Shown: positions 30,309 to 45,449, counted from the stretch's first letter. The stretch is DNA of 64,000 bases from Octopus vulgaris (GCA_951406725.2 OX597816.1:155248001-155312000), one strand, 5' to 3'. Program-made: numbers and translations. Notes: generated by a model not told the origin, from the letters alone.

Positions 30309-31869
30309 GAAATCGGTTACCCGATTCTTCGTTAACCTCGTGAAACCAGCGAGTGGCAACTCGAAACTGCTGCTCCGAACTACAAACTAGCCGAGTCGTT
30401 GAAGCGTGGGAGAAAATATTCCATGGTATTTGTTCCAACTAACTTTAAACAGTGTTCAAATTTTGCCGTGGTCAATATTGCTTTTCATCCCTTCGAGGCC
30501 GATAAAGAATTTTTTGTTCAGTGTGATAGACTAGCGGGAATTCAAAAACATTAGACTGAATGTATTGTGGCTTAGTTGCGAATCTTTTTGTTCTCAGGTC
30601 AGATTCCGCTATTATCTACATGGGCTGTAGACTTAGACCGTCGCCCGGCTTAACACCACCACCTGTTACCTTAGGTGGCTTTAGCGAGAAGCCACTTTGT
30701 TGCAAATACTCGGATTAGGTTTCTGCTTTCAGGATACTTTCCTCACGTCCTCTCACCTGCCTCGGAGGAGATGTTATGGTTCATGGTCGGGCTTCACACA
30801 CTATACATTTCAAATGAGGCCAGATTAATGTGGACCCCTTCTTCATAGAGGTAAAAACTGGTTTGCACTTCTTCCTACATAAAGTAAAGTTACAGAAACA
30901 CCATTGGTAATTCAAAACAAAGGAAACCTGAGTGAAAAAGTTCTTCTCTTCAGTGAAACATATGATGTGGAAGCTACAAGAGAGGGAGAAAAGAAGGCGC
31001 CCTAAATATATCTATAGAAGGAATACTGAAGCAGAGCTGAAAAATAGGGATCCAACTGAAGGGATGCAGAACAGACAACCCAGAGCCGAGAACAGTGAAG
31101 AAATTCCGTTGATGGTCTGTGATCCTTAAACATAGAAATAAATGGAATAAAAGCAAGGTTAAATTCGATGGATTTGAATTCAGAGTACAAACGACTAGAA
31201 CCAACAGTACCATTATACTCTCTCTGAAAATTTGACACCGCAGCAATTTACCGCTTCTACTTATATATACTTGATGAAAGGTAAAAATAGAACGAGATGT
31301 GTGTTTTCGTGGAAGCCAATATCATGATAGAAATTAAGCGTAGTATTGTACCAATATCAGGAATTATCGGGATTTGTTTTACATAGTTGAATACCTTTAT
31401 CGGGCTAGTTATACGCAGGTCATTTTACACTTTATCATTCGTACTTCGAAATCGATGAAATGGATTGTAGACTTTCTTGGATTAAGTGAAATATGATATT
31501 CCCACATACAGAATTTCTGATTGTTTTTTTCTTTTGCCAAATACTATTATCAGTGTTATTAAGGCAGCGGGCTGGCAGAATCGTTGCTGCGCCGAAAAAA
31601 ATGCTTAGCGGCATTTCGTGCGTCTCTATGTTCTGAGTTCAAATTCCGCTAAGGTCGACTTTGCCTTTCATCCTTTCGGGGTCAATAAAATAATTACCAG
31701 TTGAACACTGGGGTCGATTTAATCGACTTATGCCCTCCCCAAAACCTGCTGGCCTCAAGCCAAGTTTTGAGACCTTTATTATCACTGTTACTTTCTTTTA
31801 CTCGCCATCTTTGACGCAATCACTTGTCCCAGCGCCCATCTTCAGAGATGTTGAAATATAATTCAAAGC

Positions 31870-32430
31870 TTCGGGAGGAGAAGAAGCGAGGGTAGCAGAG
31901 AATTACCTCCATATGACATAACACAAACATCTAAATAGACAGGGTTTTTCTAAGGATGTGGGCAATACTTGTCTGCACAATCTTTTGGATTTCCTTGAGA
32001 CATAGTTCTCCAGGGATGTTATCTAAATATTTCTGGCATCTCTTTATATTATATCTATGGCGCCTACAATAACATGAAAGGTTTTTGCTTTAAGGTACCA
32101 CATCTTTTGCATTTCCAGGTCCTAGTATTTACTAAGTTTGTCAAATTCCTTTACAGATATATTTATTAACAATAGGAACACTTACATCTACTAGTCTGCA
32201 AGTATTTTCTTCTCTATCTTTAATAAATATGTCTGGTCGGTTAGCCTTGACGTTCTGTTAGTGTTGACGGGAAAATTCCAGAACATGGTAGCAGTTTTAC
32301 CTTCAACGACTGGCTCAGGATGATGTTCATACCAGTAAGCAGGAGTGCTGATTTTGTAGTGTTTAAATATTTTTCAATGTAGATACTATCCTGCCCTAAC
32401 GTGGCGTCTTTGGTATTCCTTTGGTGTCAG
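31870..32430 (-). mobile_element. Older Dong/R4-like 3' fragment
   Basis: Reverse strand shows degenerate endonuclease sequence (KANRPDI.IKD, KY.DLEM, VIVGAI) next to the TAT/TCT tract. Confidence 0.55.
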
Positions 32431-32570
32431 CAATATTATTATTATTATTATTGCTATTCTTCTTCTTCTTCTTCTTCTTCTTCTTCTTCTTCTTCTTCTT
32501 CTTCTTCTTCTTCTTCTTCTTCTTCTTCTACTACTACTTCTTCTTCTTCTTCTTCTTCTTATTCTTCTTC

Positions 32571-32604
<34 letters not shown>

Positions 32605-32608
<4 letters not shown>

Positions 32609-35050
32609 TAGTTTTATTTTTATAGCGTGCTTTCACTTCACTACCGAGCGCAGCTCTGTGTGCCTTAGGTATGTGCTGTGATTTGTTGTGATGCTCTGAT
32701 GGTTATTGTATGGAAAGTGTTCTGCGTAGGATGTGTGCAGTGCCTAGTAGTGCAATTTTCTGTATGTTATATGTGTTTGTAAGTCCTGGTGTTTTTGTTA
32801 TGTATTTGTCTGAATATTTTTTTATCATGCCTAATGCACCTACTATGATAGGAATTGTTTCTGTTTTTAGATTCCACATTCTGGTTACCTCTATTTCCAG
32901 GTCTTTGTATTTTGAAATTTTTTCCATTTCTTTTAGAGAAACGTTGTCATCTGCCGGTATTGATACATCAATTGGAAAGTATTTTTTTCTTCATGATCTC
33001 TGACAACTATATCTGGTCTGTTGGCCTTAATTTCTCTATCTGTGTGTATCGGCATATCCCAGAGAATGGTTGCTTTCTCGTTTTCTGTGACCTTTTCTGG
33101 TGTGTGCCTATATCATCTATTTTCTGTTGTTATTCCACAATGTTGGCATAGCTTCCAGTGTATGTAGGTTCCAACTCTGTCATGTCTGTGAATATATTCC
33201 TTCTTAGCCAGGACTGGGCAGCCAGAGATAATATGATTTATTGTTTCTTGTTCATCTCTACATATTCTGCAGTTACTTGTTATATTTCTTTTCATTACAT
33301 GTTTTTGGTAATTTCTGGTGGGGAGGCTTTGGTCTTGTGCTGCAATTAAAAATCCCTCTGTCTCTGCTTTGAGTCCTGAGCTTCTCAACCATTGCTGGGA
33401 TTTTTCTTTGTCTATTTCTTTTGCGTTTAGTTTAGTCCTGTATTTACCATGAAGGAGATTTTCTTGCCATCGATTTATCATGGTTCGTTGCTGTTCTAGT
33501 TTTAGTTTGGATTTCATTTGTTTTATACTTTTGTTGTTTCTTCATCTTCTTCTTCTTATTCGTATTTATTAGGTGGTATGATTTATTGTTTGTATTTGTC
33601 AGCTTCCTTAAATACTGAAAACAATTTTTTGTTTTGCTCGTGTTTTGCCGCTATTTGTATCAGTTTTCCTTCCTTCTGAAGTAGATATTTTTGCAGTCCT
33701 ATGGTGGTTATTTTATAGTAGTTTTCCGGCTGTATAAGGCCTCTACCACCTTCTATACGTTGTATATATAGTCTTTCTATGTCAGATTTTGGGTGATGCA
33801 TCCTAGATCCTGTCATTATTTTTCTTGTTTTCCTATCTATTTTGGTCAGTTCATTTAGTGTCCAGTTAAGGATATTGTAGCTGTAACTTATAACTGTGAC
33901 AGCTAAAGTGTTAATAGCTGTTCTTAGCATTGAGCTCTGTTTTTAGTATTGACCTAACTCATCTATGGTATTCTTTTTTTATTTTCTCTTTCATTTGTGT
34001 GTGTTGTGTCTTATCTAGTTCATGGATTCCTAAGTATTTGTAAGTTTGGCTTTGGTCTAATTCTTTTATTTCATTGGTTTTATCTAGTGTGATGTTGCTA
34101 CTCTTAACTAGTTTTCCTCTTTTCAGGGTTACTTTGGCGCATTTTTCTAATCCAAATTTCATATCTATTTCTTTGGTAAATCCATGAACTGTCTTTAATA
34201 GCGTTTCCAGCTGTTTGTCATTTGCAGCGTATAGTTTTAGGTCATCCATATATAAAAGGTGGTTGATCGTTTTGCCGTAACATTTATATCCGCATCCAGT
34301 TCTATTTAGCATATCAGATAGAGGTGACAGTGCCAAGCAGAAAAGGAGTGGAGAGAGCGTGTCTCCCTGGAATATTCCTCTTGTAATGGGGATGGCTTTG
34401 GTTTTCATGAGTCCCTCTTTTGTTTGGAGGTGTAGCACTGTTTGTCATTTATTCATAGAGTGCCCTATGAATTTTATAATTATTGGTGCTACTTTGTTAA
34501 TGGCTAGTGTTTCGAGGATCCATGTGTGGGGGATGCTATCAAACGCCTTTTTGTAGTCGATCCAGGCCATACTGAAGCCTTTCTTTTTTCTGTGGCTGTC
34601 TTCAGTTATGGCTTTATTAATCATTAGTTGATCTTTACAGCCATATGAGCCTTTGCGGCATCCTTTCTGCTCTTCTGGAAACAGGTTGTTTTCGTTCAGG
34701 TGCTTGTTCAACCTTTGCGATATCACTGCGGTAAATACCTTGTACATTGTTGGGAGGCAGGTTATTGGTCTGTAGTTTTCTGGTTTTGCTGTCTCATTTG
34801 ATTTGGGAATTAAGATGGTTTTCCCCTTCGTGAGCCATTCAGGCATTGTCTCTGGCTCTGCTAGTATGTTGTTAAAGTTTTCAGCCAGCTTTTTGTGCAT
34901 TCCTGTTAGATATTTCAACCAGAAGTTGGGGATCTTGTCATGCCCAGGTACCTTCCAGTTGCTTAGTCTTTGCAGTGCCTGGGTGACCTCTTCAGTTGTT
35001 ATGGGGGTCCAAAGTTGCTCAGATGCTGAGTTTGTTGTTTTAATACTCAT
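32605..35050 (-). mobile_element. 5'-truncated Dong/R4-clade non-LTR retrotransposon (RT + zinc knuckle + restriction-like endonuclease), frameshifted
   Basis: ENYRPITCL, WIDYKKAFDS, RGIFQGDTLSP, LLYMDDLKLY, CRIC...ETINHIISGC, RHD and EKISKYKDL. Both ends abut TAA/GAA-type trinucleotide tracts, consistent with Dong microsatellite targeting. Confidence 0.9.
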
Positions 35051-35052
35051 TT

Positions 35053-35084
<32 letters not shown>

Positions 35085-35090
35085 CTTCTT

Positions 35091-35206
<116 letters not shown>

Positions 35207-36582
35207 TGCCGAGGTCGAATTAGCCATTCATCATTTCGGGGTCAATAAAATGACTACTAGTAAAACACTGAGATCGATTTAATCGACTTACTCCCCCACC
35301 CCCGAAATTGCTGGCCTTATGCCAAAATTTGAAACCAATATACTTGACTGCAATAGCTTTCCATATTTAGGTTACACAGCGTGCCATTTCTTTTTCATAA
35401 AGCAAAGTAGGATCTTAGACCCTCTGTCCAAGAACGGGCAATCGCCAAAGCTTTCTTAATGATTAGTGATTCACTGTACTGGCTTCGGTCGTGTATGCCT
35501 TTATTTGGCAATGTGTTGTCCACGTGCCTAAATGCAAAATACGTATTACATATAATTTTAACTATTTCACACCGAGCAAATTTCAAACCCGGGTCACCTG
35601 AGCGTATGTATAGCTGAATAACCTCAAATGATAATGGGTTTTCCTTTCTAAACAATAGTATGATTCGAGACCTTTCTAATACTGACTTCAGTTAATTGTA
35701 TCGGGTGCTTGGCAGCTTTATTTACTGTTTCCTAAATAGCAACTGAATAACTTTTCAATGGCAAAATTTAAAGACATTATCGCATGAATAATTATCAGAA
35801 TATCATTGTTGAACTGATAACGGTGCCTACTCCGGAACACAATAACTCTGCTATCAACTTATAAATGCATCAAGGTTTCCTATTGCTTTTGGAAATAAAA
35901 GGTTCCATTGAACAGTACTGATTCCTCGTGCAGTTAAGTTGGTAAGAGGTAATGATGTTTCTACACCAGTCACTTACTGGTGTAAAGGAGGTTGTCTTTA
36001 CTCCAGCAGAAATTGAACGTTGAACACCAAAGACATTCTACAATGTTACTGCCAGTTTCAGAAGTGAAGTGGATCGCTTACAATATCTACCCTATATAGC
36101 TGGTTGGGATAGGATTAAAAGAAAGATTTTGTTGGATGTACGTCTATCATGGTGTGAGTTAACATGAGAACACAATCTCATAATTGCATGATGATAAATC
36201 ACGTATCGTTATTTACAGTAATGAGCTATTACTTCTTGTACAACCTGGAAACAATTACATGGACTCGGTAACAACTCAGTGTCATTGGTAACACATAAGC
36301 TGATGTTATTTTTGGATGTTTATCCAGTGACCTTAGTGACTAGGCCGTTCTCTTTTCCACGGCCCTGTTATAGAGTTTGTTTATTTACACATACGACGGG
36401 AGGTTTAAACTAGAGTCAATTACGTTTCTGTTTTTGTCATTGATAGAATTAGAGAAAGAAGTAGAGAGAGAGGTTAATTTCTTTCTAGCTTTCCCTCTCT
36501 CTTAAACAAATGCATGCGCGTGCACATTTTCGCATACAACATATACACACATGTGTACATAAAAAATTCAGTTGTCATCGAA

Positions 36583-38384
36583 TTAGTAAATTTAAGATAG
36601 CTATTAGTTCCATATCAATTTCAAATTGTAACTTAATTGACACATGAATATAAATCTCGCAGCTGCGTTTGACAATATTTCGATAAACTCTATAACACGC
36701 GACACGATAAAACTATCTTGATCGCTTGGGATGTATTTAGGAAGTATGTATCGAACACTCATCAAACCATTTGTTACTGTTTAAGGAAGCGATCTTGTAG
36801 AATCATTGCACGCCGGACAAAATGCTTAGCGGTATTTCATCTGCCGCTACGTTCTGAGTTCAAATTCCGCCGAGGTTGACTTTGCCTTTCATCCTTTCGG
36901 GGTCGATAAATTAAATACCAGTTACGCACTGGGGTCGATATAATCGACTTAATCCGATTGTCTGTCCTTGTTTGTCCTCTCTGTGTTTAGCCCATTATGG
37001 GTAGTAAAGAAATAGGTATTTCGTCCGTCTTTACGTTCTGAGTTCAAATTCCCCTGAGAACAATTTTGCCTTTCATCCCTTCCGGGTGATGAAATAAATA
37101 CCAGTTGAGCATCGATGTCGAGGCAATCGACTTGCTCCCTCCCACAGAATGCTGAATGTAACATTTTGCCTGTAGCAAAAATGGTTATTATTTGCTTCCC
37201 AACTGTCTAATTATGCAAAAAGCAGCAACGATTTATAAACATTTAAAATTCTTTTTATATACATTTCCTTATTTGTAAAAACAAATTTGTACAAGACAGA
37301 AGCAGTGTACGAATATATGAAAGTAGAATACAAAGAAATATTGAATAGGAGGCACACATGAAGAGAGGATGTGAAGAGAGAGAAGGGAGAGAGAGAAAGT
37401 AGCCCTGGAGATAAAAAGAGAAATAGGAAGATATAGATACATATAGAGAAAGAAGGAGAAAACAAGTGGCGGAGAACGCTGATGATTTTGCGATGGTTTA
37501 TTTACTTTTCATCATTATTTCCTATAGCAGATTTCAAATAACAATTGTTTTTTCTGAAGCATTTTTTTTACGTACAATTCATGTGTTAAGCTTCGGCTCA
37601 GTAATTTTCAATCGATTCGTATATCCGATAGAAACACTGAAACGCTAAATAGGATGTCAATAAAAGAGAGAAAAGAAAACATACTTTCTGTGCAAATTGA
37701 AATTGCTGACATTTGAAATATCGAAGTCTGAAGACTGTTTTGAACTAAAACTGCTAAATATAGCAATTCGACTGCAGTTTATGGATTATGTAATTTATAA
37801 GCATAACATTTATAGCAGTAACTCAAAGAAATCTAAGTTAGATTTATATATATCCAACTATTTCTAGTCTTAGTTTTAAATATGCTGGTGTCATTGACAT
37901 ATATATTTCATTTACACAAATAATTCATTCAAAGTCCTCATTGAGTGAAAATCTAATGTACTTTACAGTGAATTTAGTATCCATAATGTCTCCGTCGCAT
38001 TTAATTAGAATGCTACTTGGGTAAAAAGAGGATTCAAATTGAAATGATAGCGGAAAACTTTAGGCTGATTTCGCTGTCAATGACGATTGGATCAAAATAA
38101 ACTTCAGTGTTACACAACTTCACAATGTTTAGTATTGTGATACTGCAATTTTCAAAACTGTGGCTATAAATGTTATACATATCGTGTGGTAAGGATGTCA
38201 TAGACATAGACACTGGCAATATTTTGTTTGTTTGTACATGATTTAGTAAATTTAAGATAGCTATTAGTTCCATATCAATTTCAAATTGTAACTTAATTGA
38301 CACATGAATATAAATCTCGCAGCTGCGCTTGACAATATTTCGATAAACTCTATAACACGCGACACGATAAAACTATCTTGATCG
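36583..38384 (+). repeat. 142-bp direct duplication (36583-36724 and 38243-38384)
   Basis: Identical except for one substitution (cgttt/cgctt). Confidence 0.9.
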
Positions 38385-40365
38385 TTTTCTCTCACATCAG
38401 CTAATCACTTGAGTGTTGAAACTAATTACATATTTCTATTTTCAGTAACAGGATATTAATACAATATTACTCTGTAATTTACTAACGACGTATACTTAAT
38501 GGGATGACAAGCTTCATTCATTCATCCATCTGCAAACAAATATTGGTAGATATACAGGTATGGCGAAGGGAAACTGAATAATATATTCAACGAAACACTT
38601 CGTTGTAATTAACTATTTGGGTGGCTTTCACAGTGAATTTTAGGTATGGCCCGAGTATCACTCCTAAAATATTACTCTCTTCTGTTTCACTTAATCCATA
38701 AACGATTTTTATTGCCAATTAAATATTGCCTGAATCCATCCTGATTCATAAACAAATATTTTTTTATCGGTTAATTTGTGGAATTAAAGAAAGGGATAAC
38801 ATTGATGTATGTTTAGAGATACTGGCAGTATTGCACTGACGTGGTGTAGTACACTATTAGTTTCTACCTACCTATATTTCCAAATGTCAAGCATTCACCA
38901 ATCCGAATTACACAGGCAAACACACGCACGCTCACACGCCCCCCCCCACATGGCTAGAATGAAAACAAACTATAGAATACATACCAAACACAGTGCTGCA
39001 ACAATGTTATTGAGTGGAGTTTTAGAGAATTTTTTATGAATTCGATTGAAGACAGTGTCCTTTGTGTATCGGTCTCAAATGCTTCCAAAGTATTTAAGGA
39101 CATACGGAAGGTCTTCTTCTTAGGCCAGAAGAAAGAAAGCTAGGCGATTTCAGAACTAGTCTCAATCTTGATAAGCGTTCATAGTTTTCTAACAAAATGT
39201 AATCTACTGTAGTATAGGCTTATGAATTAGGAATACAGACACCAATGTTTGGATCGAAACAAGTAAGAAATAACGAAATGCTCAAGGAAAGTCGTATTAC
39301 AGCTGAAGCAGAAGTGCAAGGCACATGAACCATGGAGTGTATGATGAATCGTTTTTTCCCATAATCACCATCACCCAAAAGATTATAGCAGCAGCCCAAA
39401 ATTCGACATCGGTGAAATAAACATATGCGGTAAACATTGCAGTGGCAAGAAGTGACCGACAGAAGAATAAATTTTTGTGCTGTTCATGACGCAAAGTCAA
39501 ACTGCCATCAAGTTCTGGTCCTCTTCAATTTCTCAAGAATATACACATTCATGCGGTAAAAGAAGCACAATTTTTTCAAAGATACCTTCGGAAATACAAT
39601 TCAGCATTTTAGGTAAAAATTAATTTGAGCTAACAAGAGCAAGACAGACATATCATTCTGTAAAGCTGATTGAGTTCAGGGTTAGTGGTACCGCTTAATG
39701 TGTTAATCTCTAGCAATTTTTGAAGAGTGTAACAAAATTGTGATGAGGCATGTAAAACGAAGATGCACTAATGTCAATAGCGGATTGCAGCTGTACATAG
39801 AAAATTACAGAAAGCACTTCATCAAATGCACATGCATGTAAAAAATGTCAAATGTGCACTGGAAGTGAGAAGCGATACTAGGAATCACAGAAATCATCAT
39901 CAATTATCATCCACACACACCATATTACAGAATCTTAATGCAAGTACAAGCAAGTGTCAATGATGAAATTGCAATCGTAATCGTTGCTGAATAGCAATAA
40001 CTACGTGACTGTTTTGTAAAAAAGTGAGGAAATTTGGAGAGAACACGAGAAAGTGTCAGCGTCAATGAATCTGCTGACGAGTAATTCTAGCACCGAAAAA
40101 TATGGCTGTAAAGAGACATCAACAGGACACCATTGGACATACCTCCAGTAAAAAGGAAGTTGCTACAAGTCAATAGACATGGTCAATTCCCTGGATCAAG
40201 ATTTAAATTCACCAACTGAATTTCTGAACATCCGCGAACCAGTAAGGAACCACACCATACAATTTGAATATAATTTGTGACTCTGATTCCCAGAAACCGT
40301 GAATACATATTGTATATATATAGTGAAGAATAGAAACCTCTGTATACACGTGTGATAGGTATATA

Positions 40366-40720
40366 ACACTACCCTACATTTCCACATACAACCCCAGAAA
40401 CAAAGAAGCATTCAGCACAATAATGCAAAACCTACCAATACTACACAAGGACCCAAAACTAAAAAGAATCTTATGTGACATTAAAATTGTCAAAAGCAAC
40501 AAACAACCTAAGTCATTAAAGAAACTACTAACTAATGCAAAATTATTCCCCTCCACAACAAGCCCCAAAGTAAAAAAATGTAGTTGCCCCAACTGTGGTG
40601 CATCCCCGACCTTATGGAAGGGTCAGAATACTATTTTAAACAAAGGCAACTCTTTACAATTAAATCAAATTTCACTTGTACATCCGAAGATCTGATCTAC
40701 ATAATCAGATGCTCGGGCAT
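40366..40720 (+). mobile_element. Degenerate Neptune-type PLE fragment (RT thumb/linker into GIY-YIG)
   Basis: LPYISTYNPRNKEAF...KQPKSLKKLLTNAKL...KKCSCPNC aligns to the ORF at ~5450-5790. Confidence 0.8.
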
Positions 40721-41114
40721 CGTCTATCTGGATGTTTTGCGTTCTTGTCCCATTTTGTGAGTAGATTTCGTACACACAAGATGTCTGTCGTATACATATG
40801 TATATTTGTTTGTGTGTATCTGTGTTTGTACCCCAACCATTCCTTGACAAACGATGTTGGCGTGTTTACGTTCCCATAAATTAGCAGTTATGGGAACTGC
40901 GGGAATCAGTACTAGGCTTACAAAGAGTAAATCCTGTGGTCAATTTGTTCGACTTTAGACAGTGGTCCAGCATGGCCGCAGTCACACGACGGAAACAAGT
41001 AAAACAATTGTAAACTATTCCATTTTACTCCCGAGCAATATATATGTAAATATGTAAATATATGAATGTAGATATGCATATATATATATATGCATATATA
41101 TACATTATTTATAT

Positions 41115-41169
<55 letters not shown>

Positions 41170-41220
41170 AAAAAACAATTCAAGATAGAAAATGCTAAAA
41201 TAATTTTATAAAGAACATTT

Positions 41221-41258
41221 CAGTACCGGTTTCAGTCATTTTTTGACCTTTTCAACTG
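41221..41258 (-). ncRNA. Minimal type I hammerhead ribozyme motif with U3:A8 core
   Basis: Minus strand reads CAG / UUGAAAA / GGUCA-AAAAA-UGACU / GAAA-CCGG-UA / CUG. All stems pair, and the motif lies ~50 nt from a (TA)n(TG)n tract. Confidence 0.7.
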
Positions 41259-41859
41259 TAACGATTAAATAATTAAATTTAGAAAAATTAAAAGAAAAGA
41301 TTTTTTAAAAGAATATTTGTATATTGTTCAAATATAAGTCGCATTTTCCTTGTTTCTGCCTTTCTCTGTCTCTCTTGTTTACACTTGTGGGTTCGAGGAG
41401 GTCGTTGTGAATTCTTGGTAGGGAAGAAGAAGGAGAAGAAGGATGATGAGAAGGGGGGAGAATTTGGGAGTGCCTTGATTGTCGTATTTTGAGTGGTCAG
41501 TGGCGGCTAGCAGTTACTGTTCAATTCATGAGAATATTTCTCTTAAAAGGTTTGTTTATAGAATTTGCGTAGGTGTTATACTAAAAAGCATTAGTGATAA
41601 AGTTAGGAAGTAGAGGGGGGTAGAAGGAGAAGAAGTTTGTATGTTTGCATATATGTACATGTCTACAGAGATGGTTGCACAAACGAAGGAAAAGACCATT
41701 GAACACATACACACATTACCTAATAAACGCATTGGTAACAGTTTGTGATTTACATCTGTAAATTTTAACGTAAACGGCATATTTATTCGGGCGTGATTTT
41801 ACCTGCATATTCACACTCGCCCAGTCGCCCAGCCCACATGCATCAGTTATATGAGTATG

Positions 41860-41897
<38 letters not shown>

Positions 41898-42331
41898 GTG
41901 TGTGTGCGCGCGTGTATATGTGTGTGTGTAAGTGTGTGCGTGCTTATGTGTACCACGATAACATTTACTTCTGAAATTAATTTCCATGAAAAATGTAAAT
42001 TGAAACTCTCTACAATATCATTGAAGTGTAACCCGATACATTGAAATACGAGAAACAAAGGAGGAACAAAACAAATTATGACATCTACCCGAAGGAATTT
42101 TGAACTGAAATTCATTAAATAAACATCAATTCTATGATTAATCTTACGTATACATTAACTTGCTCTTTAACAAACAATATTAAAGGTTTCTATCGTCTGA
42201 ATGTCTGAGTGTCCATTAGTCTTCCTGCGCAAAATAGATTCTATCGTTTCACTAAAATTTGCTATTATCCTTAAACTCATCCCAATAGAAGTAAAATTTA
42301 GGACAAAAAGTCAAAAAGTAAAATAGAAATT

Positions 42332-42425
42332 TAGTGGTACCTTGGGCAATTATCTTCTATTATAACCTCGGGCCAACCAAAGCCTTGTGAGTGGATTTGG
42401 TAGACAAAAACTGAAGGAAGCCCGT

Positions 42426-42472
<47 letters not shown>

Positions 42473-42715
42473 GTGTGTGTGTGTGTGTGTGTGTCTGTGT
42501 GTATGTGTTTGTGTGTCTGTGTTTGTCCCCCACCATCGCTTGACAACCGATGCTGGAGTGTTTACGTCACCGTAACTTTGTGGTTCGGCAAAAGAGACCG
42601 ATCGAATACGTACTAGCCTTATAAAGAATAAGTTCAGGGATCGGTTTATTCGACTAAAGGCTGTGCTCCAGCATGGCCGCAGTCAATGACTGAAACAAAT
42701 GAAAGAGTAAAAGAG
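42332..42715 (+). mobile_element. SINE family A lacking the head; further partial or diverged copies at ~16925-17130, 24720-24885 (-), 40750-41005 and 53320-53790 (-)
   Basis: Shared gtgagtggatttggtagac and ctccagcatggccgcagtc blocks. Confidence 0.75.
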
Positions 42716-43971
42716 TATTGCGTAAGTAGTGTTCAACAACAGTTCTGTCTTTGTAGTGGGTCAGCATGCGTACTTCTAGTATAAAATGTCAATACATCAT
42801 GTCAAAGGCATAGCAACGCATTGACTGGTGGAATGGATATGAGATATTGAAGCTGCCCGTTATTTTAGCTCCCTTCTCTTTATATTCGTGTATCACAAGG
42901 ATTTCACTAGCAACTAAACTTATGAGTTTGGGATGTTGATTGAATGCTTTTGTTGTGGTTATTGTGTAGCCTCGATTATTTTTTTGATTGAGGAAACTTA
43001 CGACGAAAGGTATTCACCTCTTTAAAAATCCGTCCTATTTATATTTTATATTTCTGACATCGTATTGACTTGAGCTGTTCACACAAACCGAGACTTGAGC
43101 AATTCACACAACGGAGCTATAATGTTGGACTAAATTCCAGTATGTCTTACTCTTATTCGTTACACAGAGGACAAAGATTAAGTAGCCGAAAGCAAATGAC
43201 GCAGCGAGTTATAAAAAATTCGACAACGAGGTAGCAAGAATGACCACCAAATTCAAAGGCGAGGACGAACAAAAGCTCAACTTGCTGGGGCTGCCTGCTG
43301 GAGCCTAGCAGCCGGTATTTAAAGGGAAAATTAACAAGACAATCAGTCGCCCGCTGACACTCGATAACGCTACATCGAAGAGGCCAGGGAACAGAAGAAA
43401 GAAGACATGCATCCAACACCAGTGCTGAAGACACCTCCGAAAGAGGGAGGGTACTTCAAAACGGTAGGGTTAGGGGCCGAAACCGTACGTGGTTCCTCCT
43501 GATGATGTCTTGAGCTAACTGGATCCTATTGAGGAGCTGTTGTGGTAGCAGACCACGAAACACGGTTCAAATTCCTCAACGCACTTGTTTCAAATTCACT
43601 GGCAAATGCGTAGTCTGCATTATTTTTCCGGATTTATTCAATTATATTGATTCATTCGACAGTATGCTTTCCCGGAAGGTCTTGTGCTAAGTGGTCTTGT
43701 GCTAAGGTTTAAATCAATATCGTCCACGTTGGAAACAAACAACACGCGAAATGTCTTCTTTACTGAGGTATTAAGGAAGGTAAAAAATCAAGATTATACA
43801 TAACATTATAATTTTTTGATTAATTAGCTTCCTTTAGGAACAAAAATGTCCATCCATCCACCCATCCATCCAAATTTTTAGTAGGTGTAAACACACGGAC
43901 AGGTTTCTTTTATCGAATTGGTAGACACAACCCGCTCCGGATTGAGTTGCTGTCTCGAAGACTTTGGCATA

Positions 43972-44357
43972 TCTCTCTCTATATAAACGGCAGTTTGTCT
44001 GTGTGTGTTTCTGTGTGTCTGTTTGGTTGTACCCTCACCCTGACCACGGCTTTCAACCGATTCTGATGAAACTTGACACACACATAGCCCAATGTCATAA
44101 TTCAAAACTTACGCAGCGAAAATTTTGAAAAGTTCTCCCAGTTCTGAAAAAAACTGATAAATTCGACATGGGGTCGAGAATCAGAAACACAAACCACAGA
44201 CTGTCTAGGGGACGCAACTGGACCTTTTTTAACTCTCAAAAAAAAATTTACCATCATTGTTTTTCCATTTTTTTGCTATTTTTTGGCTATAACTCTCTAA
44301 AAATGCTTTATAGTTATTTCCCTTACAAACCTGAGCAACGCCGGGCGATACTGCTAG
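43972..44357 (+). mobile_element. Non-autonomous Helitron (short form)
   Basis: A|TCTCTCTCTATATAAACGG ... cctgagcaacgccggg hairpin ... CTAG|T, inserted in an AT target. Confidence 0.85.
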
Positions 44358-44665
44358 TTTCTGATATTTTGTTCTATGCCGGTTCTATTTAACGAACCTT
44401 CTGCAATCATGGCGCACGAGGATCTTAGTTTTCTTGATTTCGTTTCTTTTTTCTCGTTCCATTTTTTTCACCAACTGTCTTTCCGTTTTTTCCACGTATT
44501 TTTCTTATTTTCTCACCGGCCAGCGACCTTAGAACCTAAAATATATAAAAAATAGAATTGCTTGGAGATGCAAAAAAAGTTCGTTTCCATGTTTTTGTTT
44601 TTATGTTTTCGTTTCTCACTGTGTTCAATATTTTTTTGATGTCCTGTACCCAGATATATATATGT

Positions 44666-44748
<83 letters not shown>

Positions 44749-45319
44749 CGTGCGTGCGTGTGTGTAAGTATGTATGTACATATAGATATTCAGCTTTAGA
44801 GATGGAAATATATTCAATATTTGAAATTGTTGGATCCGTAGAACTTGGGAGGAGAGAATGGTCTCAGTATTTAGTTCTCAGTTCTAAAGGCGGTGGGGTT
44901 GACTTATCTTTTTATTCTTAAACGACCGATATAATATAGTTCAATCAAGCAGCGGGTCGATGAATTATTCATACCTTCATTCCCAAATGAGTCCCTGCCA
45001 CACAAGCAGAAATAATTACTCAATCATGCACCAAGGTGGTGCCACAGAATGGGCACAAACCAGTGACTGGAACAAATAAAAGATATATGATAAATATTTT
45101 AAGCATGGATCCATTTTTACTTCATCATAGATATCATCGTGGATATGGTCACAGTACCACACGGCATTAAAAATAGAGACATCGTATTTTACTAAGCTAA
45201 ATTTTTCCATTTTATTTGTGTAGGGGAATCATGCTTCCATAACGATACATACATACAGATATATATATATATATATGTGTGTGTGTGCGTGTGCAAGTGT
45301 GTGTACGTAAGTATGCATA

Positions 45320-45423
<104 letters not shown>

Positions 45424-45449
45424 TATATATATATATATATATTTTTTTT

